From positions 32,001-96,000 of the forward strand of contig JBHLLU010000003.1 in the NCBI GenBank assembly GCA_048938895.1: a stretch of 64,000 nt of DNA. Reading direction: 5' to 3'. This DNA comes from Promethearchaeota archaeon (lineage in GTDB: Archaea; Asgardarchaeota; Lokiarchaeia; Sigyniarchaeales; SOKP01). Shown one piece after another: positions 31,300-40,840 of this stretch. The notes beneath the pieces were generated by a model. The model made no database searches. It saw only the letters and a list, made by a program, of their open reading frames with translations, and was not told the origin of the DNA. How positions within the stretch are numbered: position 1 is the first letter of the stretch; every line of letters starts with the position of its first letter. The translations under genes were made by a program, and so were the position numbers.

Positions 31300-32187
31300 T
31301 TATATTAATTTTGAAAGCTCAATAAACTTCTTTTGGATTGCTGTTTTTATTTTAGGATCTATTCTACTAAAAGATTGGGCAGAAAAGTTTATTTTCTTTC
31401 CTTCTTTTAAGGAAAAACTGCATATAGGACCATCCATTTCTTCAACAGAATAACTCCCATCTTTCTTTTTAGATATCCAAATGTCATCAAAATGATCTAA
31501 TATAGCACTAAACACAAAAGCGATCTTAGCATTCGTAGTTAAACCTGCTTTTGAGACTAGAGCTGTTGGGATTGGTTCATTTGTTGCTTTTATTGAAGGT
31601 AATGGTTCAGCCACATCATATTCGGAAGCTGTACTAGTGGACTTGGTTGGTGTTGATGTAGGCTTTGATAGTACCGGTGAAGAAACAGGTTGGGGTTCTA
31701 CTGGTTTTGGTAATGGTTTAGTTTCAACTTTAGGTGTTTCTATAACCTTGGGTGCTTCTACCACTTTGGGTGCTTCTACCACTTTGGGTGTAGGACTAGG
31801 AGCAGTTACTTCCGTTTGAAAAGTAATTATAAAATTATCTAATTCCGTAAATTTTCTATCTAGTAAACTTTGTAACTCGTCATTCATTTGGGTATCTTCT
31901 TGAACTTTTCCTACTTTTCTCGCGTCTATTTCTTTTATTGATTTAATATCGCGACCAATAATGCTTTTTCCAACACTATATCCATGTCCCTTTAGAGATT
32001 CTGCTTGTCTTAAAGCTGTTCTTCTAGCAACTAATCCCTGCTGAACTCCATGCCATAAATAAAGTGATTCCGAACCTTCATCCATTACTATTATTGAAGT
32101 ATCTGGAACAAAATTCTCTTTATCCCATTTAACTGGAACAATTTCCCCTCCGGGTCTTGCGTTGAACATAAGAGCAAATTCTGTCAT
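31300..32187 (-). CDS. Gelsolin-like domain protein with Pro-rich linker and C-terminal domain
   Basis: DTSIIVMDEGSESLYLWHG...ARRTALRQAESL fits the gelsolin fold pattern; followed by a P/T/S/K-rich linker. Confidence 0.7.
   Translation of the reverse strand: MTEFALMFNARPGGEIVPVKWDKENFVPDTSIIVMDEGSESLYLWHGVQQGLVARRTALRQAESLKGHGYSVGKSIIGRDIKSIKEIDARKVGKVQEDTQMNDELQSLLDRKFTELDNFIITFQTEVTAPSPTPKVVEAPKVVEAPKVIETPKVETKPLPKPVEPQPVSSPVLSKPTSTPTKSTSTASEYDVAEPLPSIKATNEPIPTALVSKAGLTTNAKIAFVFSAILDHFDDIWISKKKDGSYSVEEMDGPICSFSLKEGKKINFSAQSFSRIDPKIKTAIQKKFIELSKLI
31730..31790. repeat. 18-bp tandem repeat inside the gelsolin-like gene (encodes PKVVEA/PKVIET)
   Basis: TTGGGTGCTTCTACCACT twice (31748-31783), a partial copy to 31790 and a degenerate copy at 31730-31747. 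Confidence 0.9.
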
Positions 32188-32404
32188 CTGTCAACATCCT
32201 AAGTTATTTTTTTATAACATACATGAATTTTATGATATAAATAAAATAGTGTCAGTAAATTTAAAAATTCAGTTTTCAAAATTACCCTTCATATAAATTT
32301 TTGAAAAATATATCTTCCTAAGATTAACCTGAACATAAAAAGGATTGAAATTGAAATAATATCGATCATTAAATTCTTAAATTTACAATGGTTATTGATT
32401 TTAA

Positions 32405-33385
32405 ATGAGTGAAAAAGTGTTAAAACTAACAATTCCAAAAGGGAGCCTGCAAGAAGATATAGCAATTTTCTTTGAAAGAGCTGGTTTAAAGTTGAAATCA
32501 GTATCAAAGAGAGATTATCGTCCTTCAGTAGGAGATCCAGAGATTTACATTAAATTATTACGACCACAAGAAATACCTAATTATCTTGTGGGAGAAGATG
32601 AATTTGATTTAGGGATTTCGGGATTGGATTGGGTTAAGGAAACTAAAGCTGAAGTTGAAATTTTATTAGATTTAGAGATAGGTGCCGTTTCCATAGTTTT
32701 ATGTGCTCCTAATAATTGGGACAATATATTTAGTTTAGATGATATTCTTAATAAATTTGCAAAGAATAATAAACCATTAAGGATTTCCACAGAATATTTA
32801 ACTTTATCTGTAAACTATTTAATGAAAAATGAAACCTATCAAAAATTTTTCGGGGAAATTTCTCCTTTAGTTATCACTCCTTGGAAAACTTGGGGTGAAA
32901 ATGAAAAAGTGAAAATATTCCTTTCTTTTGGAGCAACAGAAGCTAAACCCCCAGAAGAAGTAGATGTTATAATCGATAATACCTCAACGGGAACGACTAT
33001 AAAAGCTAATAATTTAAAAATCATAGAAATCATCGACACCTCAACAGCAGTATTGATTGCTAATAAAAATGCATTAAAACATAATTGGAAACAAGAAAAA
33101 ATTAAAGACATTCTTGTATTACTTAAGGGAGTAATAGAAGCTAAAAAGAAGCTTCACATCTTTATGAATGTTAAAGAAGAAAATCTAAATGAGGTGATAT
33201 TAAAACTTCCTGCGTTAAAGCGTCCAACAATCTCAAAACTAGTCGGAACTGATGGTTGGTATGCAATAAATACTATTATTAGAAAAAAAGAGTTCTTAGG
33301 GCTAATCCCAATATTAAGAAAATATGCTCAAGGTTTAGTAGTACACGAACCTAGGCAAATTTTGCCTTTGGAAGAACTAAAGTAA
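32405..33385 (+). CDS. hisG: ATP phosphoribosyltransferase (long form)
   Basis: IPKGSL, LRPQEIP, DLGISGLDW, SFGATEAKPP, TGTTIKANNL, C-terminal PTISKL regulatory domain. Confidence 0.95.
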   Translation: MSEKVLKLTIPKGSLQEDIAIFFERAGLKLKSVSKRDYRPSVGDPEIYIKLLRPQEIPNYLVGEDEFDLGISGLDWVKETKAEVEILLDLEIGAVSIVLCAPNNWDNIFSLDDILNKFAKNNKPLRISTEYLTLSVNYLMKNETYQKFFGEISPLVITPWKTWGENEKVKIFLSFGATEAKPPEEVDVIIDNTSTGTTIKANNLKIIEIIDTSTAVLIANKNALKHNWKQEKIKDILVLLKGVIEAKKKLHIFMNVKEENLNEVILKLPALKRPTISKLVGTDGWYAINTIIRKKEFLGLIPILRKYAQGLVVHEPRQILPLEELK

Positions 33386-33390
33386 TATTT

Positions 33391-34704
33391 TTGATGAAAA
33401 TGAATCCTCTAAAAATTATACAATCTGAAGAGTTAAATGAGGGAACTTTATCACATTATATTCCTCGAGCTGAAACAAAGTTAGAATCGACAAAAAAGGT
33501 TGTATATAATATCATTCGAGAAGTAAGAAAAAGAGGCGATAAGGCTTTAATCAAGTTTACACGTAAATTTGATGAAGTAGATCTAACTGATCAGGAGATA
33601 AAAGTATCAAAAGAAGAGATTTCTCAATCATATGATATTATTGATCAATCTTTATTAATAGCGATGCAAAAAGCTAAGGAGAATTTGATTAAATTTAATG
33701 AAGCTCAAAAACGAGAAGATTGGACTATTGAAATAACTAAAGGTGTTATTGCAGGACAGGTTTATCGTCCATTAGAGGCAATAGGAATATATGTTCCTGG
33801 GGGTCAGGCAATTTATCCAAGTACAGTAATGATGATCGCAGCACCTGCATATGTAGCAGGAATAAAAGAAATTATCATGTGTACACCACCTCAACAAAAT
33901 AAAAAAATTTCTCCCGAAATATTAGTGGCTGCAAACGAATTTAATATTGAAAAAATATATAAAGTCGGTGGAGCCCAAGCTATCGCTGCTATGGCATATG
34001 GAACCGAAACTGTTCCTAAAGTACAGAAAGTAATAGGACCTGGTAATGTTTGGGTTAATACGGCTAAACAACTTCTTTCAAATACTATTGCGATAGACAC
34101 ACCTGCAGGTCCTTCAGAAATATTAATTATCGCAGATGAGTTTGCAGATTATAATTATCTCATCGTCGATTTTCTCTCACAAATTGAACATGATCCAGAA
34201 AATGTTGGCATTATTGTAACGGATTCACAAGAATTAATTGATAAAACTATAGATTCGCTTGAAAAATATATTATACAATCGAAAAGACATATCATTATAA
34301 GAACTGCACTCAAGAATAATTCAATCCTTATTAAAGCAAAAAATTTAGAAGATTGTATAAGAATAAGCAACTTAATTGCTCCAGAACATTTAGAAATTTT
34401 AATTGAAAATCCCCATGAAATAGTAGGTAAAATTAAAAATGCCGGGGCTATATTTCTTGGTCCATTTTCTCCTATACCTTTAGGGGATTATTGTGCGGGA
34501 ACAAATCACATCTTACCCACAGGTGGAACTGCAAAAATTTATTCTGGTTTGAACTTATATGATTTTCTTAAAACAATTGATATTTTAAAATGTGATATAG
34601 ATGGTTTAAAAGAGCTTAGTACAATTGCAATAAAATTAGCAGAATTTGAAGGACTAGATGCTCACAAGAGATCCATCGAAGAAAGATTAAAAAATAAAGA
34701 TTAA
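33391..34704 (+). CDS. hisD: Histidinol dehydrogenase
   Basis: GIYVPGG, GGAQAIAAMAYGT, GPGN, DTPAGPSE, SQIEHD, APEHLE, GDYCAGTNHILPT. Confidence 0.95.
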   Translation: MMKMNPLKIIQSEELNEGTLSHYIPRAETKLESTKKVVYNIIREVRKRGDKALIKFTRKFDEVDLTDQEIKVSKEEISQSYDIIDQSLLIAMQKAKENLIKFNEAQKREDWTIEITKGVIAGQVYRPLEAIGIYVPGGQAIYPSTVMMIAAPAYVAGIKEIIMCTPPQQNKKISPEILVAANEFNIEKIYKVGGAQAIAAMAYGTETVPKVQKVIGPGNVWVNTAKQLLSNTIAIDTPAGPSEILIIADEFADYNYLIVDFLSQIEHDPENVGIIVTDSQELIDKTIDSLEKYIIQSKRHIIIRTALKNNSILIKAKNLEDCIRISNLIAPEHLEILIENPHEIVGKIKNAGAIFLGPFSPIPLGDYCAGTNHILPTGGTAKIYSGLNLYDFLKTIDILKCDIDGLKELSTIAIKLAEFEGLDAHKRSIEERLKNKD

Positions 34705-34762
34705 ATTTAATTATTGATAATTGTTAGTAAATATTTGATTTATTATTACAAAAGGTAAAAAA

Positions 34763-35848
34763 ATGGAACTGAATGAATTACTAAGAGAACACTTAAGAAA
34801 ATTTTCAGCTTATGAACCGGGGGAACAACCTACCGAAGATGGTTGGCTTAAGTTAAATACTAATGAAAACCCATTTCCTCCAATTCCGGAAATTTTGAAC
34901 GATATTAAGAATGCTGTTAATGAAAAAATTAGACTGTATCCTGATCCTACCTCATTTGAATTACGAAAAGAAATTCTAAATGTGTTGTTACGAGATAAAG
35001 ATACTTTAACGAATAGAAATTCAATATTCATTGGAAATGGATCTGATGAAATTTTTGATATAATCTTTAAGATATTTATTGATCCAGATGATGAAGTTGT
35101 AATTTTTTATCCATCTTATGGTCTATATAAAGTAATCGCAACATTATATAATGCTAAAATTATAGAACTTCAATTAAATGATGATTTCTCTATACCGGAT
35201 GCTGCATTTAACGTAAAAGGTAAATTAATGTTTATTAATTCCCCTAATAATCCAAATGGGAAATCTTTTAATAGTGAAACAATTTTAAAATTATGTGAGA
35301 GTTTTTCAGGGGTAGTAGTTGTCGATGAGGCATATGCAGATTTTTCAGATCAAACTAGCCTTTCACTTTTGAAAAAAGTTAAGAATTTAATAGTTATCAG
35401 GTCATTTTCCAAAAGTTTTTCTTTAGCATCCCTTAGGATTGGTTTTGCTTTGGCAGATCCAGCGATTATTAAAGAAATGAATAAAGTAAAATTACCATAT
35501 AATATAAACTATTTGGCCCAAGTCGCTGCTTTGTCATGTATTAAACACAGTAAAAAAATCCTTGAAAGAAACAAAACAATAATAGAAGAAAGACAAAGGT
35601 TAACTGAAATTTTAAATCAATTTGAGGGAATAACTGTTTTAGCATCTGATTCTAATTTTATTTTTGTTAAATTTGAAGACAAAGCTAAAACTCTACAATT
35701 TGTTTGGGATTTGAGGGAAATGAAGATCATAGTCCGACATTTTAGCAAACCAGGACTTTACAATTATATAAGAGTCACTATTGGTACTGTGGAAGATAAT
35801 AATAAATTTATTGATGCTTTTACTAAAATAGCTAAAAAATATTTATAG
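34763..35848 (+). CDS. hisC: Histidinol-phosphate aminotransferase
   Basis: KLNTNENPF, GNGSDE, SPNNPNG, VDEAYADF, RSFSKSFSLASLRIG. Confidence 0.95.
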   Translation: MELNELLREHLRKFSAYEPGEQPTEDGWLKLNTNENPFPPIPEILNDIKNAVNEKIRLYPDPTSFELRKEILNVLLRDKDTLTNRNSIFIGNGSDEIFDIIFKIFIDPDDEVVIFYPSYGLYKVIATLYNAKIIELQLNDDFSIPDAAFNVKGKLMFINSPNNPNGKSFNSETILKLCESFSGVVVVDEAYADFSDQTSLSLLKKVKNLIVIRSFSKSFSLASLRIGFALADPAIIKEMNKVKLPYNINYLAQVAALSCIKHSKKILERNKTIIEERQRLTEILNQFEGITVLASDSNFIFVKFEDKAKTLQFVWDLREMKIIVRHFSKPGLYNYIRVTIGTVEDNNKFIDAFTKIAKKYL

Positions 35849-35913
35849 ATTAATAACAATAATTCAAATAATTAATTGTTCATTAATTATTTTTATATGG
35901 GTTTTTTGACGGG

Positions 35914-37185
35914 GTGATGAAAATTCCAAAGAAGAAGGAAAAACACAAAAAGAAAAAAGAAAAAGGTAAAAAGAAAGGAAAAATAGAATCAAAAAAACTA
36001 CAAAACCTTGTTGAGTGTGAATTTTGTGGTTATAAGATTATAAAACCCTTTCCAAAGGACAATTTTTGTCCTAAATGTAAGAAATTTTTGCCTGAATTAT
36101 ATGAACGGACAGCAGATCAATCCGTAAATGTTCAACCGAAAGAGTTTAAAACTCAAACTTCAACATTATCGTCAAAGTTTGGAGACAAAGTAAAGGTAAA
36201 AGAAAAACCTTTGACTGTCTCATTCGAAAGTGATACAATCGAATTATCTAAAGGAGAATACGTAAAATTACTCGGAATTACTTCAGTTGACAGAACTGAG
36301 CTATACTGTAGCAACGATAATTATATTTACTTATTAGAATTGACAAATAATCTCGATTTCATAGCAACTGGTATTTTAGAGGGTGAACTTGACAAAATGT
36401 TATTGATTTCTGAAGAAAATGTAGAAGAAAAATGTCAGTTTTATGTGAAAGATGAGATAATATATTTGGTTTATGGTATATTTCCAGATAAAAAAGGCAA
36501 ATGGATACTTGAACAAATGTCAAATAATTTCTCAGAATTAATAAAAGGTAAAGATGCTAACGACCTCGATAAACTCGATAAATATGAGATTGAGAGAGAA
36601 TTTGAAAAACGAATAAATTATATTTTGAAAGAATATCTAACACTACAAGAAGTATTTTCAGATCAAGATTTACCTTATGTAGAAGATTCTATTCGTATAG
36701 ACTATATTGGTCTCTCTTCAATGTCAATTGGTGTTATTTCATTATTAATTGGAGAGGATTTAAATATAGAACTACAAATTAAAGTTGACACCCCTGAAGA
36801 AGAGAAGGAAATGAAAGAATCTATGCTTACAGCAAGGATAGAAGCTATTGCGGCAAACACACAAGGTAATACAGGGGCTATTCCTCGTTGGATTGCTGTT
36901 AAATTAGGTTTTCAAAATTATAGGTTCTTAACTTTTGAAAAATATCAAAATGATTATTATCTTTCCTTATTATCAGAGGGCAATTTACATAAACTTCCAA
37001 AAGTGGAAGAATTGTTAAAACCTGAAATTGATGCAGTAGTCAAGACACCTTTTTCGGGTAATCTAAGACCTTTTAACGAACTGAAGCAGCGCCTGGAAAA
37101 GCTTTTTTCAAAAAGAAGAAAATTTCCCCCATTTGAATTCGGAGATGAGGATATCGAGGGAAAAGAAAAAGAACCAGAAAAATAA
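35914..37185 (+). CDS. Lys-rich N-terminus + Zn ribbon + putative longin/roadblock-like domains, unknown function
   Basis: CEFCG..CPKC. Two segments have alpha/beta patterns resembling longin/roadblock folds (by-eye inference). Confidence 0.55.
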   Translation: MMKIPKKKEKHKKKKEKGKKKGKIESKKLQNLVECEFCGYKIIKPFPKDNFCPKCKKFLPELYERTADQSVNVQPKEFKTQTSTLSSKFGDKVKVKEKPLTVSFESDTIELSKGEYVKLLGITSVDRTELYCSNDNYIYLLELTNNLDFIATGILEGELDKMLLISEENVEEKCQFYVKDEIIYLVYGIFPDKKGKWILEQMSNNFSELIKGKDANDLDKLDKYEIEREFEKRINYILKEYLTLQEVFSDQDLPYVEDSIRIDYIGLSSMSIGVISLLIGEDLNIELQIKVDTPEEEKEMKESMLTARIEAIAANTQGNTGAIPRWIAVKLGFQNYRFLTFEKYQNDYYLSLLSEGNLHKLPKVEELLKPEIDAVVKTPFSGNLRPFNELKQRLEKLFSKRRKFPPFEFGDEDIEGKEKEPEK

Positions 37186-37303
37186 TTCAATTTTCGTCAT
37201 AATTTGAAATACACAAATTAGGAGAGTAATGATTGTATTAACTTAATCCTGCTTGAAATACACCCATGAAAAATAATTTATTCTAAATTAATTATAGTTC
37301 ATC

Positions 37304-38266
37304 ATGAAATATACTCCTGAAAAAATTTGGCAAGAATTTGAAACTAATAGTATCAGTTTACTAACTGCTACAGAATTATTAGTATCCATCATTGAAAATA
37401 GTAATGAAAGTGAGATTAGGGTAAATGCAATAAGTACTTTAGCCAAAATTATTTCAGGAGGAGTAAAAATGTATAAAATTTTAGAGAATTTGGTTGTTTC
37501 AGAAGAAAATGTTAAAGTTAGGATGATTGCCATAAATTATGTCGGTAAAATCTTTTTGTACAGAGCTTTACCACTATTGAGTTGGGCTATTAAACATGAA
37601 AGTGATTATAATTGCCAAATTGAAATAGTAAAATTATTAGGGTCTATAAATGTGCAAGAATCCAAATTATTATTATATAGAGAGATTCAGAAATTCATTA
37701 AAAAAAGATATATAAATAAAGACAGAAAGATTGAAAACAGAAAGTTCAAAAATGTATTAAGAATTTTACTGAAAGAAAAGGATTTTGAAGATTTCACTAA
37801 TGATGAGTTAGCTAAAATTCTAATAAACATTTTAGTTATTTCTCAGTTATTCACAGAATATAACAATATCTATTATGAATTAAATCGACAAAATGGGTTG
37901 ATTGAGAAGCTAGATTTATCTGATATGGAATATGAAGTTAAAGGAACACCATCAGGTTGGAAAAATAACATCAAATCTCTCTCTGATATCCCTGGAATTA
38001 ATTTTTTACATTCATTAAGTTATCTTGATCTTTCTAATAATGAAATTATCAATATTGGAGAACTAAACTTTTTACCAAATTTAACTCATCTCATTTTAAA
38101 AAACAATAAATTAAGCAGAAAAGAAAATCTTGAATACTTTAAACATCTAGCCCATCTCGAACACTTAGATTTAAGGGGTAATGAAATAGTTAAATACGTT
38201 CATAAAAATAACTTTAATCCAAACGTCAGAATTCTTTTAAGAGATCAAGATAAAGAGATAAAATAA
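37304..38266 (+). CDS. HEAT-like N-terminal domain + short LRR protein (third paralog)
   Basis: TPEKIWQ..ATELLVSIIENS..LENLVVSEENVKVR..WAIKHE; 3-4 C-terminal LRRs. Confidence 0.85.
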   Translation: MKYTPEKIWQEFETNSISLLTATELLVSIIENSNESEIRVNAISTLAKIISGGVKMYKILENLVVSEENVKVRMIAINYVGKIFLYRALPLLSWAIKHESDYNCQIEIVKLLGSINVQESKLLLYREIQKFIKKRYINKDRKIENRKFKNVLRILLKEKDFEDFTNDELAKILINILVISQLFTEYNNIYYELNRQNGLIEKLDLSDMEYEVKGTPSGWKNNIKSLSDIPGINFLHSLSYLDLSNNEIINIGELNFLPNLTHLILKNNKLSRKENLEYFKHLAHLEHLDLRGNEIVKYVHKNNFNPNVRILLRDQDKEIK

Positions 38267-38275
38267 AAAAAAAGA

Positions 38276-39607
38276 TTAATCTTCTATTAATTGGGTTTTA
38301 CCACTACCCCATACACCAAGCGCAATTCCTAATTCCTTTTGTTCTTTAGCAACCTGTTTTACATTTTTACCCTGCATCACAGCATCAATCGCTTGTCTAA
38401 ATGCTTTTGCTCCTGATATTGGTCCATCAGGATGACTATGAATACCTCCACCACTCCCTATTAGAATATCATTACCCGCTTCTTTCATACATTTTTCAAC
38501 CATACCTGGCGTAATTCCTCCACTTGGCATTGGTAATGTTGGTCTAATGTGTTGAAGCGGAAATCGAAGAGCTTTGAGGTTTTGTTCGTATCTCTCATCC
38601 AATATTTCAGCTTTTCCATAAGGTGCAGGGATTACAACGGTGTCAGCACCACAAATTCTTGGCAACTTAGCAAATGTTAGCATACTAGTTATCCCTGTCC
38701 ACTCGCCCCCGAAGTATGTTCCTCCAAAATCCATATGACCTAAAATAGGTACTTTTATTGAAGGATCTTCAGCAATCTGTCTTAATGCTTCAAATCCAGT
38801 TGTTAAATAGTTGATCATCAAAGCATTAGCACCTAATTCTATCATTTTATCGGCGTATTCGAACATTTCTGGGAACTTGGTAGTAATATTTATAGTATAT
38901 AAAGTTTTTTCTCCTTTTTCTGAGTCTGCTTTATCAACAGCTTCCATTACTTTTACAATCCTCTCTTCTAATCGATTAAAGGAAGGATCTGATATTAATT
39001 CATCATCTTTTACAACATCACAACCCCCAACAGCAGCTTGATATACTAAATCTGCTGCAACATCAGCAGTATGACCTGTACATGGTTTTACCATATTATT
39101 TAACAAAGGTCGTTCTGGGACATTCAGTAGTTTTCTTAATCCATCAATTCCAAACTTAGGTCCTTTATATTCTTCTAACCAAGCCTTTGGGAATGCAAGA
39201 TCTACTAATTTCAATCCATGGGTAATACTAATATTTCCAATGACACTTGAAAGTAACATTGGTATCCCCATTCCTTTGATATTTATAACGGGGAACCCGA
39301 TTTGTACAAAATATATTCTCTCCTTTAAATCCTTAGGGACAACATATTCAAAATGGGGTAGTTCGTACACTCCTAACACTCTTGCCACATGATGTTTTCT
39401 AACTTCTTCGGTCTCAGCAGGAACTCGTACCCAAGTTCCTGTTGATTGCTCTATTGCTGCAAATCTCGAAAGGTAGTTAACATTTTGTCCTTTTGGGCGT
39501 TTAATGATATAACTTGCAATTACATACTTTTCCAAGTCAATTCCATCTAATCCAATGGCTTCTGGAGTATCTAAATATTTTTCACAGCTAGGAAATATTT
39601 CATCCAT
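38276..39607 (-). CDS. RuBisCO-like protein (form IV)
   Basis: EQSTGTW, GPKFGIDG, DVVKDDE, PSGG and GSGGGIHSHPDG are present, but KPC replaces KPK and HM replaces HR. Likely start is ATG 39607. Confidence 0.85.
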   Translation of the reverse strand: MDEIFPSCEKYLDTPEAIGLDGIDLEKYVIASYIIKRPKGQNVNYLSRFAAIEQSTGTWVRVPAETEEVRKHHVARVLGVYELPHFEYVVPKDLKERIYFVQIGFPVINIKGMGIPMLLSSVIGNISITHGLKLVDLAFPKAWLEEYKGPKFGIDGLRKLLNVPERPLLNNMVKPCTGHTADVAADLVYQAAVGGCDVVKDDELISDPSFNRLEERIVKVMEAVDKADSEKGEKTLYTINITTKFPEMFEYADKMIELGANALMINYLTTGFEALRQIAEDPSIKVPILGHMDFGGTYFGGEWTGITSMLTFAKLPRICGADTVVIPAPYGKAEILDERYEQNLKALRFPLQHIRPTLPMPSGGITPGMVEKCMKEAGNDILIGSGGGIHSHPDGPISGAKAFRQAIDAVMQGKNVKQVAKEQKELGIALGVWGSGKTQLIED

Positions 39608-39724
39608 TATTTTCACATAATTATATTGATTGTATTTGGTGAAAATAATATTGATCAATTCAAAAATTCTTTGATATAATAGGAAAAGTGAAATAAAAAA
39701 AAATGAAATAATTATAAAAATAAA

Positions 39725-40840
39725 TTAATCTTTGGCTTTAGCTTTTTCTTTTTGTACTGTTTTTATATTTGTGTATGTATTTTCGAGTACATTTAAATAT
39801 TCGATTAATACCTGATCTGACTTTGATTTCTGATCATAAACTGTCTTGATCACATTCATAACATATTTAGGAAACAGAAGTTCTAAATAAAAGTCTGATA
39901 GAAGTGCATAATATTCATTTCCTCTTTCATCTTGAAATACTTGTATTAATTGAGTATCCCAGAGCAGCTTCAATACATCATCAAGATCTTCAACCCCTTT
40001 CTTCCTAAGTTTTTCCAAATCATTTTTGGTGACTACAGAAGTACGTAGTAATCGTATAGTTTCATAAACTTGTGGGTTTGTCAGAACGTCAAGTATTCTT
40101 AGGTTATCTGCTTCACTAGGTTGATAATTTTGAAAATATCGACGAACATCGGTTTTATAATTTTCAACAAGTTGGGAGGGTAAACCTCTTTCTGCTGGAT
40201 TTCTTAAAATCGTGGCTGGTGGCATGCGCATAAGTACGATGTCTTTGATCAAAAATATTAATTCAGAGGGCATACCTTTTACAGAAGCCTCTTTAACAAT
40301 TTCACGTTTAATGAGTTCCATCAGAACTCCTTCGACATCAACAAAACCTTGTTTGTACCTGTCTTTTAACCAAATCATCAACTCTGATTTGGAGACTACA
40401 CCTTCGTCTCTTAATCGTTTTATTATCATTCGTTTGATCTCATCTTGATAGGTTAAAGCAAGTCGCTGTTCAGTACTTAAAGTAGGGTATACAGATAACC
40501 GTCGAAACAAAGTGGGGATCATTTGGAGAAAAGCATTATTTTCTAAATTTGTAAGGATAATTCTGGAAATGTCAATCAAACCTTCTTCGTATGCATCTGG
40601 ATCATCGTCAAGATTTAAAAGTAAGAGAATATAGAAGTTTTTATCCGGTCCTGTGTAATATGATGCTATGTTTAATGATCCAATCATTAAACTTATCATT
40701 CCAGATTCTCCACTATACTCGTGGGTACTATATACTTGCATAAGAGTTTTTTCAGTTAGTACGATTTCTTCAGGATATTTTGAGAGAATTTCTGTTCCTG
40801 CTCTATCATCCCATTTCATTATAACTAATCCAATTGGCAT
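39725..40840 (-). CDS. Longin/uDENN-like + tandem winged-helix-like protein, paralog A
   Basis: GLVIMKWDDRAGTEILSKYP N-terminal hairpin motif and two wHTH-like segments. ATG directly follows the upstream TAA. Confidence 0.6.
   Translation of the reverse strand: MPIGLVIMKWDDRAGTEILSKYPEEIVLTEKTLMQVYSTHEYSGESGMISLMIGSLNIASYYTGPDKNFYILLLLNLDDDPDAYEEGLIDISRIILTNLENNAFLQMIPTLFRRLSVYPTLSTEQRLALTYQDEIKRMIIKRLRDEGVVSKSELMIWLKDRYKQGFVDVEGVLMELIKREIVKEASVKGMPSELIFLIKDIVLMRMPPATILRNPAERGLPSQLVENYKTDVRRYFQNYQPSEADNLRILDVLTNPQVYETIRLLRTSVVTKNDLEKLRKKGVEDLDDVLKLLWDTQLIQVFQDERGNEYYALLSDFYLELLFPKYVMNVIKTVYDQKSKSDQVLIEYLNVLENTYTNIKTVQKEKAKAKD

Noticed and set aside
38276-39607. True form III RuBisCO completing the AMP pathway
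   Set aside because: The K177, R295 and H327 equivalents are substituted.
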